47,973 nucleotides of DNA from Hyphochytrium catenoides (Eukaryota; Protista; Hyphochytriomycota), in assembly GCA_900088475.1 (NCBI GenBank), contig FLMG01001619.1:1-47973 (forward strand), read 5' to 3'. The notes beneath the pieces are model-generated. The model was not told the origin of the DNA. It searched no databases and saw nothing but the letters and a program-made list of their open reading frames with translations. The number at the start of each line of letters is the position of its first letter. The first letter of the stretch is position 1. Shown in pieces: positions 1-12,344 of the stretch. Made by a program: the position numbers and the translations under genes.

Positions 1-1374
1 AGAGAGAGAGAGAGAGAAGAGCTAGGAGGAGGGAGAGAGAAGAGTAAGAAAGAGCGAGGTGATTCGATAAGATATAACTTGCTAAAGGAGAGAAGGTCTT
101 CCAAGCTGATAGAAGAGCGCACGAGCGGCCGACGAAGAAGCACACATATGGAGAGAGAGGAGTTCAAAGTGCAAGCAAGCAAAGCGTAAGCCCAAGCACC
201 AGAGCTCCCGTCTGACAGAGGAACACCTGTCTTAGAAAGAGATCGCAAGAGAAGGAATAGATAACAAGACGGCAGGCAGATGCATGCCGAGACCGGAGAA
301 GGAGGAGAAAATAGCGGGGCGGGGTGGCTGGTAGAGTCGGCAACAAAGCTGGATAACAAGACTGATTCTTAACAACAAGAGACAAACGAGAAAGTAAGAG
401 ACAATTGACTGTCTGGAATGGAGACGCCAAGGAATTAGTTATCAATGCTCCTTCTCTGGCCTGGTCCCGCCTATAGATGCGCTCCCGTTGCTCTACGTCC
501 GCCTTACTATTTCTCTCTCGCTTTGGCCTGCTAGTGTTTGCTTTCTTAGTTCAACCTTCTTGCTGTTCCCTGTCTCGTTTCTCTTCAGTCTCTCTATGTA
601 CATATCCTCGCTTCGACTACATAGGACACAGAAAGTCTCTCTCACCTTGCCGCCACTTCTGCTTTCAGTCTGAGTACGATGACCCAGAACGGCTGAGGAT
701 TCCATCTCTGTCTCTCTTTAGATAGTAATTTTAGAGACACCTCGTCTCCTCCTGCTGACCTCTTTAAAGCCAATGCAGAAGCTTATTGAGCCGCATTTTC
801 ACCGTTGAGGGCCAGCAACTTTCCTTCTTAGTTCCCCGAAGAGTGCTTTGTGACCTATTGTCTCTTCTCTCCTTATGCATTACCGGACCTTCCTTTAGCT
901 ATAGTAACGCCCACAAGATGGGATAAAGCAAAGGGCCAGAGATGGGAGAGAGAGGTTGAAGATACCGAGAGAGAAAATGAAGAGTGTAGCGCAGAAAGGT
1001 CACAGAGTACAGAGCAGGGGTAGAGCCCTATAGAAAGCCATGGTCGAGAAGAGAGGAGAAGGATAGAACCTCAGAAAGGACTGTTTACAACGAGAGACGA
1101 TAGAGGAATTTGAAGGAAGGGTCCGAAGATCTCACAGGGACAGTAGAGAGACGCCATTGTAGAGAAGCGACATAATGGAGATGGAACAACAATGCCGCAG
1201 GCTAGGCTACGCTCTGAGTAACGATTCTTGACGTCCAAATAGTGACATGAGCACGACATCATCTCCTAAACAGAGTATCATCTCACTCTTCGCCGCCTTT
1301 GTAACTCCTGATTTTCTGTCCTGGTTCTCCCCTTATCTCTCTCTCTCTCTCTTTCTCAGTTCCATAGATTAGCT

Positions 1375-2448
1375 TTAAGCAGCTGTGCCTGACACTATCT
1401 CATTGAACTTTCTTTCCAGCTCTTTGTCCAGCTCTTCCTCTGACATACCCTTCAGGTAAGCAAACTCATCATTCTCTTCTCCAACCAAAGCTGCTCTTCG
1501 TGCTTCCTCTGGCACCTTCTTCTCCACATAGCGCTGCAGCGCATCAGGACTGAAGTCCTTCCAGGTGTAGTCCGCGCCTATCTCTTCAAAGGCTAGCATC
1601 TCAAATGGCGAGGGCCGCGAGTACGAGAGATCTTTGGGGATAACCTCATGGTATTCTACGTCGTTTCCCTCTTTGATCGGACTTGGCATGGTGCCCGTGC
1701 GGGTAGGGGATGCCGGGATGATGCTTCCCATGTTTACCAAGTGCTCCAGTCTCTTTGCGATTGTCTCCTCGTCCGCGTTCTCAAGATCAACCTCCAACAT
1801 AGCGTTCCAATCTGAAGGCCGAATGAATGAGAAGGGATCATGAGGAGTGAAGATCAAAGAGAGAAGAACGAAGTTGAGGAAGGGAGGGAGAGAGGGCGAG
1901 AAACGAACAAAGCAAGAAACTAGCAGGCGCCAATGGAAACATTCTAGAAAGGAACAGTGAGTCATAACAGCCCTAGCGCAGTAAAGTGGGATAGCTGCAT
2001 GGCAGAACATAACTGGAAAAGAATCTAGGCAGAGGCGGCGGAAGCTGAAGATCCATAGTGACGAAAGATGAGGGTAAGAGGAGCTAGGATAAGAAAAGTT
2101 ATCGTAGAGGAAGGACTTTAGAGGCACGGTAGACACAGATTGATGTGCGGCATGGAGCGTGGGTCCCAGCTTTTGCAGGGCAGCCTACCGTAGCGGGCTA
2201 TGAAGCTTGCTTTGAAGTCTGGATCTTGCCTGACAAGGAACTGGCTGGTAGGGTTCAGAGCCTTAAGCTCTGCATAGTTGTTGGTGATAAAGTTCCTGAC
2301 CAAACCGTCTCACATCAGACATTTTGCTCCATGAGAAGGGGTAAGCACGTTTAGCGGCTCACCTCAACCCTTGACTCTCTGCAGAGGTTTGGCTGACTTT
2401 GATAAACATCTGGAGAACCCTCCGCGAAACCTGTGCTCTCCAGCTCAT
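1375..2448 (-). CDS. NDUFA2: NADH:ubiquinone oxidoreductase B8 subunit (NDUFA2; L51/S25/CI-B8 domain)-like protein with long C-terminal extension, ~209 aa, 3 exons
   Basis: GT-AG spliced exons 2448-2363, 2295-2189 and 1811-1375 give MSWRAQVSRRVLQMFIKVSQTSAESQGLRNFITNNYAELKALNPTSQFLVRQDPDFKASFIARYDWNAMLEVDLENADEETIAKRLEHLV..., matching the CI-B8 pattern. An alternative in-frame ATG lies at 2457. Confidence 0.8.
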
Positions 2449-3144
2449 CTGCCCCATGCAAGTCAAGGAGAGTTAGATAGTTGCTAGGGCGCATACAACG
2501 GAGGGATAATGCGCCACTGCTCGGCTCGGACATTACCGTTCAATCAAGTAGGATTTAGACTGAGCACCTCGGCTTACACGGCTGACGACCTATTTATAGA
2601 CGAGAATGGGTCTGCTGTCCGATAGATAATAGTCTCTTCCTGAGGAGGTCCCTTATGACTATGTTGGAGAGTCTTCTCTATCCAGCTGGCACGCTCAACA
2701 GAAATCTCTCGGATCTGCGCTTCTCTGTCTGCATCTGCAGCTCTGCAGACAGAGACGACAAGAGCTTTGGCTGGAGAAAGAAACACAGGTAACCCAGGTC
2801 ACACGAAGTGGAGTCAATGGACCGGATTTACAACATCAAAGACGCTTTGGCAAATTTGCGAAAATAGAGGATTGCGGAATCGGGATACCTACGTTAACCA
2901 CTCAAGCTTCAAAATTAGACCTCGAATTGTCTGATATGGGTCCCGGATTACCCAGGTAGCAGAAGGATGAGAAGCCGATGAGAGGATCCAGTGAAGCTCA
3001 AAGATGCTGGCTCTAGATGAAGATTATCGGCATCTCTACTATGTAGGAGTCCACAGAGTGAGAGAAAGAGGGACGTACAAGCTTAAAAGTGCAGGCCTAC
3101 CTTTAAAGGACTTTGGGACTGCTGTCTCTAAGCGCGGAGATTCT

Positions 3145-4843
3145 ATGGCGTCTGGAAAGAACACATATGAGTGCTTTGTTGAGGGCGAGGTGGTGAGTTG
3201 AATGGAGTGTGAGAGACCAACAGATTCGGCTAAATAACCTTGTCGCTCTCAGACTGGCTCAAAGCTTAAAGCCTTCAAGACCCTTCTTCACGGCCTCTTT
3301 GATGACAGTACTTGCTACGTAAGTCAACTCGGCTACCTGCTGCCACGACATGCCGAACCCTCATCTCTACAACGCAGGAAACGTTTGCCTACAGAGAATG
3401 CGTCTTCAAGTACGACCAAGAATGTCCCACATACATACCGGGTAGGGGCCAAGAGAGCCGAATCTCTAGATTCTCCCTAGCTTACAGCCCGGCCTCTTCT
3501 GTCCCGAACTCTATGCCTTAGGATCCCAGGCCGCAGAGCTCCGTGTTCGATGGTACATTGAGGGGTCATCGCTTGCCATAGGGGGCAAGCGGGCTAGGTC
3601 TAATGGCACGGGCCAGGACTTGAGGTTAACCAATATTTCGCGCTTGTGGTTGCGCTTATACTCATTGCTTCGATAGCAACACAGAGCTCCTTCATGTGGG
3701 CAGACGAGAGGTGAAGCCTAAGGTCAACTCTGGGCCGGTGGTGTACAGGAACCAGATCTCCGTGTTAGTTAGTGATAACATCCACCAGTTTATGAGCGCG
3801 CTGGGATTCAGGTACTGGTCCAATCCAAGATAGGCCTCTGGCTCTCTCCGCCCCTCACTCTCTCCTTTAAAGACCTACCTGGTTGCTCCGTCTGTCTTTC
3901 TCTAGTGCTTTCGGTCAGAAAGTCTTAACTCGCTGCTGTCGGGACACTCTCCCTTGGCTTTGATTGGGCTTCTTTATTGGCCTTCCGGCGCCAAACCTGG
4001 CCTCCAAAGCTACGCTTTGTGGCCCCGTGTCACCTTTCACGACTTACTGGCTCTCCCTAGGTTAGACTTTGGGTATCTTAGACGAGGAATGAGGTGGCAG
4101 ACTCGAGACGGCCTGACCTTAGAGCTGACAAGGCTGACAAAGGTACAAATTCATCCCTGTTTACCCGCTTGAGCTCTTCAAATAGGAACTTTCTCCCACT
4201 CAACTCTGCGTTCATCTGTGTCAGTCTGACTCCATCGCGGCGCTTCTCTCACTCACGCTCTTCTTTTGCGATGTGCTCTGGGCTCTCTATCCCTTAAGCG
4301 ACCCACATGTACATCCAAACGGGTCTCAGCTAGTTCACTGACGCCCTCATCATTTGTCTATCCTCTGTGTAGCTGGAGGCTGGTGCTTTGAACTGGAAGC
4401 TGAACCCTAAGGACTATGCTCAGTCACTGCCGATAGATGAGACCGCGGAAGCAATTATGATAGAAGTTCGAATGCTAGCATCAGACGACCAGATCGATGA
4501 AGCCTGTGACAGGGTCAGAAGGTTCGCCACTGACTTGGAACCGTAAGTCCCCCTCCCCAAAGCAACTGCACTTCCTTGGCAATATCGACTCCAGTGCAGA
4601 CATTCACGGTATTCTTGTCAGCCTTTCCTTCCTAGAAAGCTGTCTCTTCTCCTCCAAAAAGCAGTCCTACTTGGTATCTAGTCCTGCCAGCGCCACCTTC
4701 CCTCCCGTTATCACTTTTTCGTCCTGTTGGCCGCTGGGGCTAACCTAAGCTTTGTCCACAGCTACTTCCGAGAGCGGCGGACAGGTGGGAGCGATAGACC
4801 AGGGGCTGACGGTCGCTCTATAACTGGGGCATTGAAAAGATAG
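3145..4843 (+). CDS. MED18: Mediator of RNA polymerase II transcription subunit 18, 8-9 exons
   Basis: Phase-consistent GT-AG exons: MASGKNTYECFVEGEV / TGSKLKAFKTLLHGLFDD / ETFAYRECVFK / AELRVR / TELLHVG...VVYRNQISVLVSDNIHQFMSALGFR / LDFGYLRRGMRW / MIEVRMLAS...VRRFATDLEP / YFRE...stop. The blocks follow the Med18 family in order. Confidence 0.85.
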
Positions 4844-6755
4844 CTACCACCGCGTTTAGAGCAAGCGCATAGGCTCGCTGTCTTGTTCAAAAAATCTTAA
4901 CGCTACTATTTATCTTTATCCAGCTTTGATCACGTCAAAGAGTCTGCTCCATCATAGACATTGCTACGTGAAAGGAAGGAATCAAGGTCTTCAAGAGCAC
5001 TATAATACTTTCAAAGACGATGTCTGTCATTATATAGAGCACCGGAGTCTCGACCTCTCACAGGATCTACCCCTTCTTCCTTCATTATTATCTATGTAGG
5101 ACACCTCTTTATCTGTTAAGCACTAACTAAACAGCCACCCGACATGAGCTACTGTCCTAAACTAAGTACTTCTTTGACTTGCAGCCTTCTAGCCTAGAGG
5201 GAAACTACTAGTACACAAGCCTTGCCACTTTTCGTTCCTGCGAGTATGAGGAAGAAAGAAAAGGTGAGTACATGGATAGTAATGTCCAGGGAGAGGGAAA
5301 GAGGAACTACGAAGGAGAAAATGTAGTCATTAGTCGACTTCAGACGCCATGTCCGCTCTATGTGAGAAGAACGGCGCCGGAGTTCCTATAATGACCTAGT
5401 ACATCGCTCTATGCATACACCAAGGCGGCTCGTCTTTCGATTATTCAAAAGCGGCTGTGGCAGAAAGGTGTGCAAGGTAGGAACTATGAAGCACATCGAA
5501 GGAAAAGAGATGCCAACAGTAGACCATACAGAGATCAGGGCCGATGATGCTCGGCAAAAAGCTGTAATCATCGATTTTCAGACCCTCAGGAAAGCATCAC
5601 TTCTCCGCCATGGTAAAGCGTGTTCATAGAGAAGATAAGGCAATGATCAAAGGAAAAGACAGAGGCAAGAGATCGTGGAATGTAGGTCGGCGCTCGTTCT
5701 AACCTTGATAATCTCAGATACACCCAAGGTGCAGGCGTACATCTCAAAGCAAAAAGGGCCTAATAAAGGAAAGACGGATGGAAATCGTCAGTGAGAGCAT
5801 GTGGCCAAACGGCTATGAAAGATCAGTACAAGGATTTGGAGGGTCCGGCATCGCGCCTCATCTGTTGTCAACGCCATGTGCTTTATCCCCCATTTTTCTA
5901 CCTATCCTGTTGTTCGGTTGCATGCCATAGAGGGAGGCGATGTACCGGACCGTCAATATCAGGAAGGAACAGCCATCCGTGCCCAGCCCAAGCCCCACTA
6001 CGTCAAACTGCTCCACCCTATCACCTTACAGGGTATGCCTCACCTTGTGCCATGCAGCTTGCTCATCCGCTATGTCTGAGATCTTCAAAGGGACTGTCTG
6101 GCAGATCTGTGAGAGCAGTTCGAAGGACTGTCGGCCACTGGGAAGAAGATTTTCTGAGGTCAGCGGGGAGCCTTGCCCAAGATCCCGCTCTCTTTTGAGT
6201 GAGTGATTAAACCTCAGACACGAAGAACAATGTGGGATAGATATGACTTTGGCATGCTAGATGAGAGAGACTATACAGATTTTTTTTAATTGGATTAGAC
6301 AGAGAGAACGAGCGCGAGACAGGATGGTGGAGAGATATGGCAAGAACCAAGCTCCATCAACCAACAATTCTCTTAGCAGCGACAGTACCGGCTAATCTTT
6401 GAGTGTATCTAGTCTTTGTAGAGGTCAGAAAGGTCCTATACCGGCTAATGTCAGGGGATTGTTGGCTCCTAGTAATTGGTTGGCTGGCACCCACCGCCAC
6501 TCCATGGCTCACTCCCGACATCATCCCCAGGACTTATGACTGGACGTTAGCAGCTTGATGCTGAGGGTCCCTTGTTTGGCTGTGTGGGCGTGTGGGGGAT
6601 AGTGAACAACCCCATACATTCATTATTACTCTCATTCGGGCCGAACTCTGCTTCTCACTTTTAGCCTGCTTCCTTTCCTCTCTCACCCCTTCTCTTCCTT
6701 GGCTCTGTCTCTTGACCTCACTGCTGTTTTGTGTTGCTGCCATCCCTCTTTGGCA

Positions 6756-6800
6756 TCTCTCTCTCTCTCGCTCTTTCTAAAACACTCTCTCTCTCTCTTT

Positions 6801-6837
<37 letters not shown>

Positions 6838-6863
6838 TTCTCTATTTTCTCTCTCTCTCTCTC

Positions 6864-6905
<42 letters not shown>

Positions 6906-6930
6906 CCTCTCTTTCTCACTCTCTTCTCTT
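6756..6930. repeat. Imperfect (CT)n microsatellite / polypyrimidine tract ~300 bp upstream of eIF1
   Basis: Directly visible, nearly pure C/T run of ~175 bp. Confidence 0.95.
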
Positions 6931-7231
6931 TATTTATCCTCAATGCTATGCCTCTCTCTCCCACATTGATTGACGGTGTGGATTGTGCACACATTGCCGC
7001 CAGCTTGGGCACAAGGCTCTCTGGAACTGATCGAAGCTCTCTGTTCTCGATCACGAAGCTTCAGATTCAGCAATCTATTGAAGGAAAGCTCCTTTTGGCA
7101 ACATTCTGAGGCTTTCTGACAGCTCCACAACTGGCTCCAGACCTTTGGCTTACTAGACCAAGAGACGGGCTTCACTCTTTCTATTATCTTGCTCGTTGCG
7201 AAGTGGAGATTTGAAGGCAGCACCTGGAACA

Positions 7232-7900
7232 ATGGCAACTACAATCCAGAACTTGACTACCTTTGGTACGTGCAGACAGAGAGATGGAGAACTTGTGTGA
7301 AGATAAGATTTCTGCGGCATCCAAATTGCGAAGCTCTTCGCATGGGCTGCGCGGAGCTTGGTGCCCTTTCTTCTACTTCATTGATATGTTGTGCAAATTG
7401 AGGAGGAGCTCTTAGCTTGCGGAAGGACCAAAGTGCTGACCTTTAGCCCTAACGAGCTATGATTGCGGGAGAGAGTGTCTCTCTTTGTGCCTTTATTCTT
7501 CTTCTTCCCAGTGCTATCTATCTCGTGCCCTTGCGTGTCTGAGTAAGAGAATCACTATTTTAGATGAAGCACTAACCTCCGAGCTGTCTCCTTTTCTTCA
7601 GATGCTTTCGCGGATGCTAAGGAAGAGGGATCAACCATCGGCGGCAAGGTTCACATTCGCGTGCAGCAGCGTAATGGCCGCAAGTGTATCACCACTGTGC
7701 AAGGTCTAGCAGACGATCTAGAGCTGAAGAGAATCACTAAGGCCTTCAAGAAGAACTTCAGCTGCAACGGAAATGTCGTCAAAGACAAGGATGGAGGAGA
7801 AGTCATCCAGCTCTCAGGAGATCAGAGAGCCAATGTTAGAGAGTTTTTAGTTGACCAAGAGATCTGCACCGACTCACAGATCGTTGTGCACGGTTTCTAA
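7232..7900 (+). CDS. EIF1: Eukaryotic translation initiation factor 1 (SUI1), 110 aa, 2 exons
   Basis: Exons 7232-7265 and 7602-7900 (intron gtacg...actaac...cag): MATTIQNLTTFDAFADAKEEGSTIGGKVHIRVQQRNGRKCITTVQGL...FSCNG...IQLSGDQR...IVVHGF. Confidence 0.97.
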
Positions 7901-8614
7901 GAGCTTTAACTGAGCTTTCTTGCCCTCTCAGCTAAATAAGGGAGAGGAAGTGTTGGAAGAGTCTGGTGGGATATAAGAAGAGAGAGAATAAAGAGAGAGA
8001 AAGACCGGACAGCTGCGCCAAAAGCAGGCTGTCCTACAAGCAGTGTGAGTGCAGAAGTCGTTTCTTAAGAAGAGACTTACTGCGCGAGAAAGAAGAGCAG
8101 CAGGACGCTGATTGTAACTATGACGTAGATGTGGCAGCCTGGTGATGGATATAATTAGAGACGTAGAAGCGAAAGTCTTGCAGATAAACCTGCTGAGGCC
8201 TTAATAGGACACTTGTCACACCAGCCGCTGCCTCGCTATCTGGGCTTTTTCACCGGCGCCGCTGCTGAGTCGCCTTGTCTGATCTTTCTCTTCCTCTTGT
8301 CAGTAAGGAGGTATAACCCTCTCACCTCAACTCCACGTCCGCATGAGCTTTCCTTGTAGTCTGTATGTACCCTAGATGTGCAGTGCCTGCTTTCAGGGGA
8401 AAAGCTCAGCTTCGTCAATGGTCAATGGGTGGGGCTGGTTGGACCTTTGCGTGGCCAAGGGTCCGTCAATTGGCAACAGTGCTGATACAAAGCCCTTCTT
8501 ATGCCTATCTTCCCCTTTTCAAAAAAAGTACACGGTAGGGGGCAGGGAGAGAGGTAGAGAGACCAGTCTCGCTCTTTCTCAACGTCGTCTCTATGACAGA
8601 TTCATATCTGCGAG

Positions 8615-9427
8615 TCATGAGTTTTTGAGGCCAACGTATCGCCCGAGGCCTGACACTGCTCCCGTCACTGCCCCTGTCACCAGCATTGCTCTCACAACTT
8701 GGCTCGGCTGGCGAGTCCCGTAGCCAAAGAAGGCAACCAAAGAGCCGGCTGCAGCACCGCCAAAGAAGTTGTTGACCCAATCTTTCTTCTTGCGAAGCTT
8801 TTCAGCTGTGCAGGCAGCGGCACCGAAAGTAGCGAAAAAAAGCGCCAATCCTCCTCCATTGGTCAATATCCTCCCTCCTACACGCCTCACAGCGGTTCTC
8901 CCTTCTTCCTTCCAGCTTCGATTGTCTTCAGCGTTGAGATAGACGGGATGAAGTCGTCTATTGGCGGCTTCTCGACCATCTAACCCGGTCACGTTCTGCC
9001 GGTAATCACTGCCGATGTCTAGAAACCCACCGAACCTGTGGCTAAAGAAAGCGCCCCATATGGAGCCAGCTATAAATCCTCTGATGGCAGAGTCTACGGT
9101 CACGGTAGCGCAGAAGGGAGAAGGAGGTGCTTTCGAATCTCTACCTCGGCCGCCCTTGACTTCTCTAGGAAAGGTCCGGAATGTTCCTCTTGCCATTTCC
9201 GAGTGGTAATGATAGAGCCGATAGTCTTCTTCAACTACTGGTGGGGGCAGGCGCTCAAAGAAGTCGGGTGTGAGCTCTGGAAGGCTTTCTAAGTCTTCCA
9301 ATACATCTTCTATGTGTCGTTCTTGCTCTCTAGATGGTTTCTTCGTACTGGCCTCCTTGTCCTCTGCAGGAATGGGCTGTGCTGGCTGAGCCGGCCCTTG
9401 TTCATTCCACTCCCCCACACGCTGCAT
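8615..9427 (-). CDS. Tim17/Tim22/Tim23 (PRAT) family membrane protein, Tim22-like, with acidic N-terminal extension; single ORF of 270 aa
   Basis: PRAT motif F-x10-R-x3-D-x6-GG-x3-G (FGAAACTAEKLRKKKDWVNNFFGGAAAG), Gly-rich TM segments, and Cys before TM1 and at the end of TM2. Confidence 0.85.
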   Translation of the reverse strand: MQRVGEWNEQGPAQPAQPIPAEDKEASTKKPSREQERHIEDVLEDLESLPELTPDFFERLPPPVVEEDYRLYHYHSEMARGTFRTFPREVKGGRGRDSKAPPSPFCATVTVDSAIRGFIAGSIWGAFFSHRFGGFLDIGSDYRQNVTGLDGREAANRRLHPVYLNAEDNRSWKEEGRTAVRRVGGRILTNGGGLALFFATFGAAACTAEKLRKKKDWVNNFFGGAAAGSLVAFFGYGTRQPSQVVRAMLVTGAVTGAVSGLGRYVGLKNS

Positions 9428-10264
9428 TATTCAACTCGCCCTCCCCCAGGTCTCTCCCTGGCTTCTGGGTTGATGGGACTCAAATGATATACAGATATTG
9501 TGACAAAAGTGACAGAACAGCGAGACGTAAGGACCGCCGACAGAAGGGTACACCTGGCCGCCAGACCTCTCTCCAAGAGCGCCCGTGAGCTGTGCTTTCT
9601 AGAAGCCCATCATTGCTTCCCCGAGGTCGTTCTCTCACTTTCTCTGACTATTTCAGTGCTAAAAGAAGCCGACGGATCTGATAGTCTTCACCAAGCGCAT
9701 CTGCCGTGACGACGAAAAGCCAATAATCTCTATCTCAAGGAATGAAGATCCAGATTGATGATGAATCTATGTCACGAAGGTCCACACGGACATTATGACC
9801 AAAAAGCCGAATATAATAGGAAGGGGTCCAGAAACATATTACATACCCGAGTTTATACCCTAGGAAGCTTACCTTGATCGAGGTGATATCCTAGAATAAC
9901 CGGTATTCTCGTGACACCATAAAGAAGATAACTTCTGCAGATAGTTTTTTATAGAGAAGACAAGGACGAGCACTAATATATAGGAAGTGATGGCTGTATT
10001 CGCTAATAAGAAGAAAGTGAAGAACCCATGGTGGCAAAGAGATTTCTAACAAATGGGCAGAGGCGAGAGAACACACTGCGCCATACCCTAAGGCATCGGT
10101 TCAGACGAAGGCAAGATTAGCCGCGGCATGCCTCGGGGTTTCTCGTTCATTTATATATGTTGCCATGGACCTACGAACTATAGTGCATTAAGTGTTTATC
10201 TATTCCTCTGGTCGCTGATGTTATGGGGTTAATCCTCCGAAGTAACGGAACGCTTGGAGGGCAT

Positions 10265-11425
10265 CTACTTCGGAAGGGCCATTTTCTTGCCCTGCGCTTT
10301 ACTGCTCGGACAAAGAGAGTGTGAGATTCGAAGGACGCCGTCAGATGGAGGATGACTGCAACCATAACGATAGGTCGACCCAAGAGAAGGAGAACGGACC
10401 TCAAGGCTAGGGAAGTGCTCAAGCAAGAGGAAGGGTTCCTAGCATGAGAGCCCACCACAGGGAGAAAGAGCTTTCGGAGCAACAAGTGACCATCATAGAC
10501 TACCTATTTCATAAACTCTCTTCTACTTTGCCCGTACCTAATAACATAGTAGTAGAAGAAGTCAATGTAGATTGCTGTCTGCACCAATCCGGCGATGAAG
10601 GGGATCCACATAGTGTGATAGGTCTCCTCAAAGATGCCTCGGTAAATCCAGTTCAGAAGATAGAAGAAGCGATAGAGTCCTAGGGTGGCCACGTAGTGAC
10701 TGGTCAAGTTTTCTACCTCTCCATGACGTTGTAGGAGAATCAGCTGAGGAAGAATGGCAATAGCCTCCAAGTAGATGGAAAACGTCCAAAGAATCTGGGA
10801 CAAAAGAGAGAAGAGTTAGTCATTAGAAGTTGCACCAATCATAGCGCTTTTATGACAAAGAGTGAGAAAGATCCCGTCAAGGCCTAGAGAGGAATGCCAG
10901 AACCCTTGGGATACTTGTAGGGATGGCAGAAAGAGAGAGGGAGACAGATGTCAGAAAGGGTAGGTCCTACCTCGAGCACCGTGAACTCGCTATTGATGAT
11001 AATCGCCAGGACAATGCAAGGAATGATAGCGAACTTAACATGTAGGAAAGTATCCTTGGATGAGTCGTAGGTGGACTTCCATGGCTCCACAAAGCGCATC
11101 ATGTAGACCGTAATGCCGGAGATTGCCAGGTATAGAATCTTCATGATTATATTGTACAGAGATCGCGTCCAGAAAAGGTCAAGATATCGCGCCACAAATA
11201 CTAACAGATTCAGCTCTTGGGTCTTTAGGGATATACCTATGTAAAGATTAGAAAGCAAGCAACACCGCAGCATCTCGTCAGGTGACTGCGCCCCATAGAC
11301 AGCATACGGTGAAGGTGTGTCGCACCTGTGGACCTTCTGGCACCATAAAGCCTGAGGAGGAGCATACCGAAGCTCACAACATGGGAGAAGTCGCCTAAAA
11401 GGCGGAAGATATTCATCGCCGTCAT
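10265..11425 (-). CDS. ERD2: ER lumen protein-retaining (KDEL/HDEL) receptor, 219 aa, 4 exons
   Basis: Exons 11425-11326, 11236-10971, 10794-10538 and 10301-10265: [93 protein letters not shown]. Confidence 0.97.
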
Positions 11426-12344
11426 CCTTGTGACAGCGTTAGGACCCCGAACCGCGCGTTAGGTCAACTCTTGCTGAATTGTATGTCTTCTTCAGCGCTC
11501 CTGAGCACCAAGAATACCAAGGCCCGTGTCTTCTTCCCTTGGGAAAACCTCTGAAGCCAACTACTTTCGTCTTCTTCACAGACTGCTGGGCACACAGGTT
11601 GAAAGGCACCGCAAGCAAACGCGTCTGTCTGGTTGCAGATTGCAGACTCACGCGAACTGTGTGACTTGTCAAGCAATCTTTTTCATACAACAGCTCTTTT
11701 TTGGAAAGGAAGGAGCTCATCGTAGCGGCAAACACAAGCTACTCACAAACCCATAGCCTCTTTAGTTCTATATAGTTATATACCAAACCCATACTGCTAT
11801 TTCACCCACAGACTCTTTTTCATCTGCTGTTTCTGGAGGATTTGATTCCATACATATCACGAATAGGACAATCCGATACCTGAGAAAGGCCGTTCCAGTT
11901 CCGATCCAGCCTTGCCTGGTAGCGGCTAACGCTCAGTGGCGCTTGATGTTCACGCAAGTTTTCTCTTTCTCTTTCTCATCGAATCCGCGGCCTCCAGATC
12001 CCGATGAGCTGATGATGAGCCCATCTGTTTGAAGCTTTGTCCACTTGTCGGCGCTGCCTCCAGAGTCTCTCCCTTCAGTCGTGCGCCTCTCTAATTGACG
12101 CTTCTATCTTCCTCCTCCGCTATGTCGCTCCTCTTCGTCTTCTCGCCCTTTCGCTAGGTGTGCTTGTTGCTTTATGAGTAGAGTTATCTGGAGCTCCACC
12201 TGTCAGGAGCTTCGGAAGGACTCAGTCCTATCAATTCCGTGACGCTTCGATGATCGTTCTCTATGATTGGAGTGTAGTGCTCTGCATGCAGCTAATTGCT
12301 GAGTTAAGGCGTGAACATTGCTAAGCTAAAGGATAAAAAGAAGA

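Noticed and set aside
1-1300. Possible minus-strand exons running off the left edge
   Set aside because: Splice-like signals exist, but I could not assemble a consistent or recognisable reading frame.
8236-8600. Short basic minus-strand ORF (…KRKRKIRQGDSAAAPVKKPR) between eIF1 and the Tim gene
   Set aside because: Non-ATG start and no homology; plausibly 3'UTR.
11439-11735. 98-aa minus-strand ORF just upstream of ERD2
   Set aside because: No recognisable homology or composition. It may be a uORF or 5'UTR, but I cannot support it as a gene.
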